Source: Nemertoderma westbladi
Lineage: Eukaryota > Animalia > Xenacoelomorpha
Direction: 5' to 3'
Assembly: GCA_032718475.1 (NCBI GenBank)
Contig: JAUCBJ010009144.1
Span: 74,841 to 138,840 of the forward strand
Length of the DNA stretch: 64,000 nucleotides
The position numbers and the translations under genes were made by a program. Under the pieces are notes generated by a model. The model worked only from the letters and a program-made list of their open reading frames with translations. It was not told the DNA's origin and made no database searches. Below, one piece after another: positions 57,184 through 64,000 of the stretch (positions within the stretch are counted from its first letter, which is position 1; each line of letters opens with the position of its first letter).

Positions 57184-58494
57184 GGATGGCAGGCTAGAGA
57201 TCGGGCCGCAGCAATGAACGGGAACATCACGGGAATGTAGACGAGAGACAACCCGCAATACCATCTAGAGTTATTCGCCCATCGCCTGAAAGGTTAGACA
57301 GCGTTCGATCCTTGCTACCTAAGTGTAAGACCAAAAGATCAAAAGGTAGACGTAGTGACACGCTGTAAGCCTAAAATTACATCTTAGGGACTGTACCGTT
57401 TTAATTCAGGAAAAACCGCAGTAGACCTTCATATTCCTACGGGGGAGAGGGAGAGAGCGCAGGCAGATACTAGTACGCAGATAGGACGTAGGCACACCGG
57501 TACAAGGCATACACATTGGTTAGGGTGCAGCAAACTGTACGCTTAACTCTTGCTAAGTACAGGTGCGTGTGCGACTATTTGCAGTATGACAGTGTCCATT
57601 GCATTAGAACTTGTAGGCTAGGGGGGTTGCTGTGTTTTCACCTGAATTAGGATTGTACCGTTCAGGCGGTAGGGCAGTTTACACTAGGCGCAAATAAATT
57701 GAGGCTATTAGGGATACTAACATCTACCGTGTCCCCGCCAACGCCCTAATAGGAAGTTACCTGGACTACCTGGGTGACTAAAATTCTAGATAGGAGCCAG
57801 GATAGCTATTAGTACCCGTACGCCTACAGTAGTAAACTAACACATCTCTTCTTAGTATCAGGGACCTGGTACCTAAAATTGCCGAATTCTGGGCGTAGTA
57901 TTAACCTTATGCCTGAATTTGAGTCCTGGAAATACGCAAGAGGGGAAGGAACCTTATCATTCGTGAGTATTGGACCTACAAGTTACAAAATTAGAATATT
58001 CGTAAAATGCACACCGTACCCAGTAATTATATATGTGAAGGAGCAAAACTGCTTTGACCGTTCAGAATTAACACACGCGCGTTAGAAATTATTTACACCT
58101 CAAAATATATAAAATTAACTTTCGTCCTTACTGCACTTTGCTCGCTAGTTAGACATCTCCAAAATATCTGCCTCTGTACCTAGCTAGCGTCTCTTTGCCC
58201 AACCATATAAATCACACCGCGGCAAAGTATACGAGCCTCTTAGTCCGTCAGTGAGTCAGCCTGATTTTAGGATTCGCTGCGCGGGATTTTGTTTTATCGA
58301 AGTTTGTCTGCTCGTAGACTGTTTTCTGCCTCACCGGTTATAAGAGATCAATACTGCAATATATTCGCTTACTTAGAGTTTACTGTTTTGGTGAGAAGGT
58401 CGGATTTATGATTTGATTTACAAACTTTACAGTAAGATATTGCAGGTATTGTTACCGTCTCTTCCAATAGTAGGAATAGGCGTATCTCTTCAAT

Positions 58495-60023
58495 TTAACC
58501 AATCGTGCCAGTGGAGTAGATGGTATTCCCCCTGAGGTCTTTAAAATACCTGAGTGTTTGAAGCTCATCTATCCCATCATAGTAGACATGTACCGAACAA
58601 CAAGAGTCCCACAAGAAATGAAAACAAATAAGTTGGAGCCAGTTCCCAAGAAGGGCAACCTAACACTCTATGGTTCTTTTCGGGGAATCTCATTGATCTC
58701 GATTGCTGCAAAGCTATACAATAGGATTCTATTAAATCACATCAGGGATCCCATTGAGAGACTGCTCCGTGGAAATCAGAATGGGTTCCGTAAAGGTCGT
58801 GGGACCATGGAGCCCATTTTGGCACTTAGAAGGATAATTGAAGAATTATCAAAAAAGAAAGACAGGCATATGGCTGTTATCTTTGTTGACTTCTTCAAGG
58901 CCTTTGATTCAGTCTCTCGCTCACGTATGTTCAGCCTACTTTCATTATATGGGATTCCTGATGAAATTATTGCAGCAATCAGATCAGTATACGATGGTTC
59001 GACAACATTTGTGTCTACTGTTGACGGTGACACAGAACCATTTGAAGTGTTATGGGGCGTCCTCCAAGGAGACACACTTGCACCATTCCTGTTCATTATT
59101 GTGGTTGACTATGTTCTACGTATGTCCTTGATCATCATAATGATGATGGGGTGATGATAACTCCACCTACTGGCTCCAGAAGTCGAGGAAATCCTGCCAA
59201 GTACCTAACTGATTTGGACTTTGCTGATGACTTAGGAGTACTCTCAGAATCATTAGAGGGAGCCCAACGGCTCATCAGCTCATTAGAACATGCTGCTTCT
59301 AGTGTTGGTCTTTTTATTAACTCCAGAAAGACCAAAATTCTGACCGTTAACTTTGAAAGTCCTCAGCAAGTCTCTGATCGGATGAGCATAAGCTCAAAGG
59401 ATGGTATGCTTGAGCATGTGGACGACTTCTATTACCTGGGATCATGGATCCGGAAGTCAGGTGAGGACCTTCGAATACGTAAGGGAAAGGCATGGGCAGC
59501 CTTGAATAGGCTTTCCAGGATTTGGAAGTCACCGAGAATTAATCGGAAACTTAAGGTCCGATTATTTAGAGCAGCAGTAGTTCCAGTACTCCTCTACGGG
59601 AGTCCATGCTGGGCTCTAACTGCTGAGGACACCAAATCTCTGGATGGCACATTCACAAGAATGCTATGCCGGGTTCATTGTGTCAAGTACAATGCACACA
59701 TCTCCAACCAGACACTATATAACATTGGAGGTGTCTCATTGGTTCCCCCAAGCTTGACACTAGAACAAAATCGCCTCCGCTTTGCAGGACATTGCTTTCG
59801 CCGTGAGGACCAGCCAGTGCATAATCTTGTACTTTGGTAGCCTCATGGAGTGAATAAGCATGGTGGACAGCCCATGACTTTCTTGAGACGCATCTTAAAG
59901 GACACTGGCCTTAAAGATGCGGATGATCTAGCAAATGTCATGGGTGATAGGGAGTTGTGGCGGTGCAATTTTGTTGACAAGCCGGCACAGCATTCTTAAA
60001 AATGCAGCTGCAATGCAGCATGC
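58495..60023 (+). mobile_element. 5'-truncated non-LTR retrotransposon (LINE), RTE clade
   Basis: RT-domain motifs and an RTE-type C-terminus (LVLW*PHG...MGDRELWR). Very short 3' end with an AATGCAGC-type repeat at 60001-60023. Endonuclease domain absent. Confidence 0.85.
58501..59999 (+). pseudogene. Disrupted LINE reverse transcriptase ORF
   Basis: Motifs ASGVDGIPPEV, VPKKGNL..FRGISL, QNGFRKGRGT, FVDFFKAFDSV, GVLQGDTLAPFLF, DLDFADD, FYYLGS. One frameshift at ~59127 (MS/LDHHNDDGVMIT) and an in-frame TAG at 59838-59840. Likely true stop is TAA at 59997-59999. Confidence 0.92.
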
Positions 60024-62244
60024 CGATCCTAGTAGTATAGTTTGGGTTTGGCCTACTGGGCGTACTGGGGTTATATTTATTTGTGTTGTTATTTTTTCCC
60101 TGTCCGCTCCATGATGTGATCTTACCCTCGGCTACCTGTGGACTTGCAGTCCCCTGCGTCATGGCAGTGATTGCCTGAGCTTTGGTAATGCGTTTGACGT
60201 GTTGTGTTCTGGTTTCGGTCTATGGTAATCGGTTCTTGGTCCCTTTCCCAGGCTGTCCTCACTATAGACTGGGTCGGTTATTAATTCGGCTTCGTAGTTT
60301 AAGAAGCTCGACATTTCTTCTAAACCCGTTTCCGCACCCTTCCTATCTCGAGTGGAGAAAGCGATTTTCCTCCACTTATTGTGCAGCCACATCGGTAGTG
60401 CCTGCGCTATCGTGGTGATGTTGTTGGACGCGTTGAGTTCGTATGGCGCGTCTAGCGTCTTTAACACGATTAGTGCCTTCTCGACTTTGTTAGCGAATGT
60501 CTTTACGCTAACGGGGTTATCCTGTAGGCCACCCGATGTTATGCCCCTCAGGGTTTGCCGGATGATCTTGGCCGGGTGCCGGTATTCCCTGTCCAGTGCC
60601 CGCCATGCCGTCGTGAAGCCGCCCTCTATGCCCTGGTATTGCCTCACGATGTCGTCTGCTGGGCCTCCTGTATATACTTGCAGATATTTTAGGCACTCTG
60701 CCTGCGTCAAGTTCTTTGTTAGTATTTCGTTACTATACATGCGCCGAAATAGCAGATATTCTTCCGGCCTGCTCCCATCGAATTTAAACGGTTCCACGGG
60801 TGGTAACTCGATCCTAGTTTTTAACGCATCGATCAACGTGGCCATCCCCATCGCCTGCGCTTCCAATGGGTTCGATGGATGTTGGATAGTTTCTCCTGTT
60901 GGGTGTGGTCCGTTCGTCCTATTTTCTACCTTCCTCTGGCTTGGGTATATCATTGGGGGTAGTGGCCCCCTCCATATTTCTGTGTCGCATGATTTATTTT
61001 CATCCAAGGGTCTCGTTGTTCTTGCTCCTATCGGGGTATATTGTTGATATTGTGATGGGGGAATGTCACCCTGCCCCCCCCCCCCCCCCCCCCCACCGGT
61101 ATGTTTGGTACTGGGGTTGATGTTAATATATTGGGACCCATGCACATATCCACAATAATTCCCCCCTCCCCTGGGTCCTTGCATGCTGTAGTCATACTGC
61201 TGTGCTGGTACCGGTATAGGCCTATCAGCTTCTGGCCTACCTGCCGGTATGTACTCCGCAACTTCCGGGTTTAATCCCGTCGTCCGCGCTATCCTATTGC
61301 CTACATTATTACTGTCAGCATGGCCTATGGTATGTGCAGTAAGGCCTACAGTATGTCCCACAGTCTGTATGTGCCGCTCGGGATCGAAGTTTAATCTTCT
61401 CGAATAATCCTCCCCGCGGCTACCGTATTCTCGATCGGTAGATATATCCCGCTGGAAAGTTTCTCTTCGACCCACTCCACTACTCTCGTCCTCGTGCCGG
61501 TACATCGCGTACCCCTCTATCGGCGCGTAGTGCGCCTTGTCAGGTCGTGCCTCTCCGGGGCGACGGCAATCTCCCGAAGTTCGACCCCAGCGACTCTCCT
61601 TTCCCATCTCGACTATCGACGGCTCGCTATCCGTCCTCGCTCTCCTATCGTTAGCGGCGATACTTCTCCTACTTTCTTCTCTTCTTCTCTCTCCAGTGCA
61701 GTATTCCCGCTCGTGAGATCTCTCCTCCATCTCCCAGTTAAACTCCACTGTTCTTCTTCCCTCTTCTGATCGGGCTCGACGCTTCGTCTGCCCTCTCGCG
61801 ACGTCAACCTGCCTCTCTCTGCCCGATCGCACGTCGCTGGGGATACTCCCAATCCCCCTATTACTCTCCGTCGCCGGGTGTTGCGGTTTACCTAGCTCGG
61901 CCCGCGCATTATCCACCGACGCCTGTGGGACACTCTCTGCCCCCCCCCCCCCCCCTCTCGCTACTAATCTGGCGTGTTGGGGCGCCCGCAGCCCCCCCCC
62001 CCCCCCCACCCGCCGCATCTAACTTCACCATCTCCTACCACACTTCTGCGTCCCTCCTGTCGGACGTTCTCCACCCCCCTTTTCTCATCACTAATCTTCC
62101 GTGGTGGGGCGCACCTAGCCCCCCCCCCCCCCCCACCCCACTCGCCACATCTCACTTCACTATCTCTCGCTCCGTCTCTACACCCCTCTCTAGTCGACGA
62201 ACTGTCTCCACCACGGCTGGGTCCATTCACCCCTGACTCTCTCT

Positions 62245-62392
62245 CTACTACTGCGTGGTCTACCAGGCCCACCTCGGGTTGGCTCAACCCCGCTACCTCC
62301 TGCCTACCAACTACGTGGCCTACCAGGCCCCCGTCGGGTTGGCTTAACCCTGCCACTTCCTGCCTACCAACTACGTGGCCTACCAGGCCCCC
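62245..62392 (-). repeat. 60-bp coding tandem repeat (about 2.5 copies) in gag
   Basis: GGLVGHVVGRQEVAGLSQP(D/E) repeated. DNA repeats CCTGCCTACCAACTACGTGGCCTACCAGGCCCCCGT at 60-bp spacing. Confidence 0.9.
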
Positions 62393-63119
62393 GTTTGCCG
62401 GGTTGTGTATGTCCGACACGTTCACGTTAATAGCACCACTGTGATTGTCGCCTGTTAAACCAATTTGGTCCTCTAGTTCACCTAAATTATTTTGTGCACC
62501 AAAATTAGAAACAGAATTATTTTGTTCGTTCGAGATAGGATTATTTGAATTATTTTGCGTGGGTACATTATTTGAATTATTTTGCAAATTCGGATTTGGA
62601 TCATTATTTAAATTATTTGGATTAATTTGTAAATTCGAATTCGGATTATTGTTTAAATTATTTGGATTAATTGCATTTAAGTTTAAATTACTACTACTAG
62701 GTAAAATATTTCCTGGAATAAAGGTTTGGTTAGAATTATCCAATACGGTACTATTAATATTAACGTCGTCTACTGTAGTATTATTATTACCCCCCCCCCC
62801 CCCCCCCCCCCGCGCCCGTACGGTCACACCAGTCTCGGGTTTGTCGTGCGGTTCCTGTAAGTGGGGTATTAATAAATGTTTCCACGGCCCTTGGCCCCTC
62901 GAAAGCAGTCGAGCCAGCGTCACTCTCTGACAACCCCATCTGCGCCAGTTTCAGTTTGTTTTTCTGTATGTCTTGGTACAGAATAAGCTCCCTCCGACGG
63001 GCATTTAAAACCTCCCTCACACGCATCTCCTCTGCCATTCTCTCCTTATTCTCCCGCGCACTTTGCTCGGCCAATTCCATCTCTCTCGCGGCTCTCTCCA
63101 TTCGTCTTGCCTCCCTCGC

Positions 63120-63282
63120 CACCTCACGCTCTTTGCTTTCCGCCTCACGCTCCTTACGTTCCGCCTCACGCTCTTTACGTTCCGCCTCACGCTCTTTACG
63201 TTCACTCTGCTCTCTCGCTTCGCGCTCTTTACGTTCACTCTGCTCTCTCGCTTCGCGCTCTTTACGTTCACTCTGCTCTCTC
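63120..63282 (-). repeat. 33-bp and 21-bp coding repeats giving a charged coiled-coil N-terminus of gag
   Basis: REQSERKEREA x3, then ERKEREA-type heptads. Confidence 0.9.
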
Positions 63283-64000
63283 GTGGGTCTGTACCGTCTA
63301 GTCGCGGCCTCGCGGATCGTTAGGTCTCCGTCCGGGGTCCGCGGCGGTGTCGTTTCTCCTTCTTGACTCATTGCTTTAACTAGCTGGCAGTTCTGGCAGT
63401 GTTCGCGCTTTCAGACCTTTGGCAGTTTAACCCGCCAAATTAGAATGTCTTCTAGATAATAAATCGCTTTTTAGTCTATGACAAGTATTTGATTCACTAC
63501 ACTAGTCGAAACCAATCCGTGCGCGACCATTCACCCGCTGGATATTCCCGGGAGATTGGGTTCGACGGTTTAATTTTTATTGCTATGTAAGCCTAATGTA
63601 TTATTCGACTGACAGTATTATATAATCTCTGACAATATTATTCACCTTCGGTAATATTAACAGTTCCTTTAGGACGTGGCGCTTTATCTACATAAACAGA
63701 GTTATGACTTAAACTACTCGCAACGATATGGCTTAATTATAATCCACATATATGGCGCATTCTTTAGGAATTGCTTCTTTAACAGACTCACTCATACACT
63801 ATGCTGCACAATACTGCACACTAATCTGCCAATCTTCACTGATTTTAGTCACATATAAAAGGAACACAGGCTGACTCATGTAGGGTCTATCAAATAACAT
63901 TAGATTCACTTCAAACCACTTTAACATAAGTCACAATCGTTTATCTGTAACCCTTCTCTCTTACCTTCGGTATATCAAGAACATTGGGTTTCGGGGTTGT

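Larger units (their letters stand above)
60024..63371 (-). pseudogene. gag: Bel/Pao LTR-retrotransposon gag, frameshifted, about 1100 codons when joined
   Basis: ~60260-60815 encodes LPPVEPFKFDGSRPEEYLLF...LKYLQVYTGGPADDIV...AWRALDREY...LPMWLHNKW...FLNYEAELITDPVYS, typical of the Bel/Pao Gag core (DUF1759-like). The upstream ORFs 63371-62787 and 62923-61964 join it across G runs. Confidence 0.85.

Noticed and set aside
59838-59840. Alternative genetic code (TAA/TAG = Gln), suggested by W*P in the LINE and TAA/CAA in the satellite
   Set aside because: The 619-aa gag ORF has many Gln residues and no TAA/TAG, so ordinary nonsense mutation is simpler.
62494-62508. GTGCACCAAAATTAG shared between gag and family A repeats
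   Set aside because: Isolated 15-bp match with no flanking similarity.
60182-63366. Plus-strand ORFs overlapping gag, and alternative ORFs over the LINE
   Set aside because: They are antisense or shadow frames of GC-rich or repetitive coding sequence.
63372-64000. 5' LTR/PBS of the Bel/Pao element, and the 60-aa ORF at 63676
   Set aside because: There is no match to 55957-56205 and no clear PBS. This is probably 5' leader with the LTR outside the window, and the ORF has no recognisable features.

Overview
Eukaryotic (probably invertebrate animal) heterochromatin-like DNA with no intact host gene. Positions ~646-55960 are a tandem satellite with a ~416-bp monomer (about 120 copies). It shows local higher-order repeats, deletion-variant monomers and a 100-N scaffold gap at 29017-29116. 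Four copies of two non-autonomous piggyBac-like elements (TTAA|CCCTATTA...TAATAGGG|TTAA, ~1.55-1.58 kb) interrupt it. The two families share identical end geometry and related internal ~162-bp repeats arranged as a foldback. Right of the array are LTR-like non-coding sequence, a 5'-truncated, decayed RTE-clade LINE (+) and a Bel/Pao gag (-) that is frameshifted mostly at long G runs and has no pol after it. The most unusual observation is that the satellite monomer reads on the minus strand as exon(69)-intron(124)-exon(93)-intron(130), suggesting it was amplified from a spliced gene fragment. This is an inference, not a demonstration. Most short ORFs in the track are repeat artefacts.
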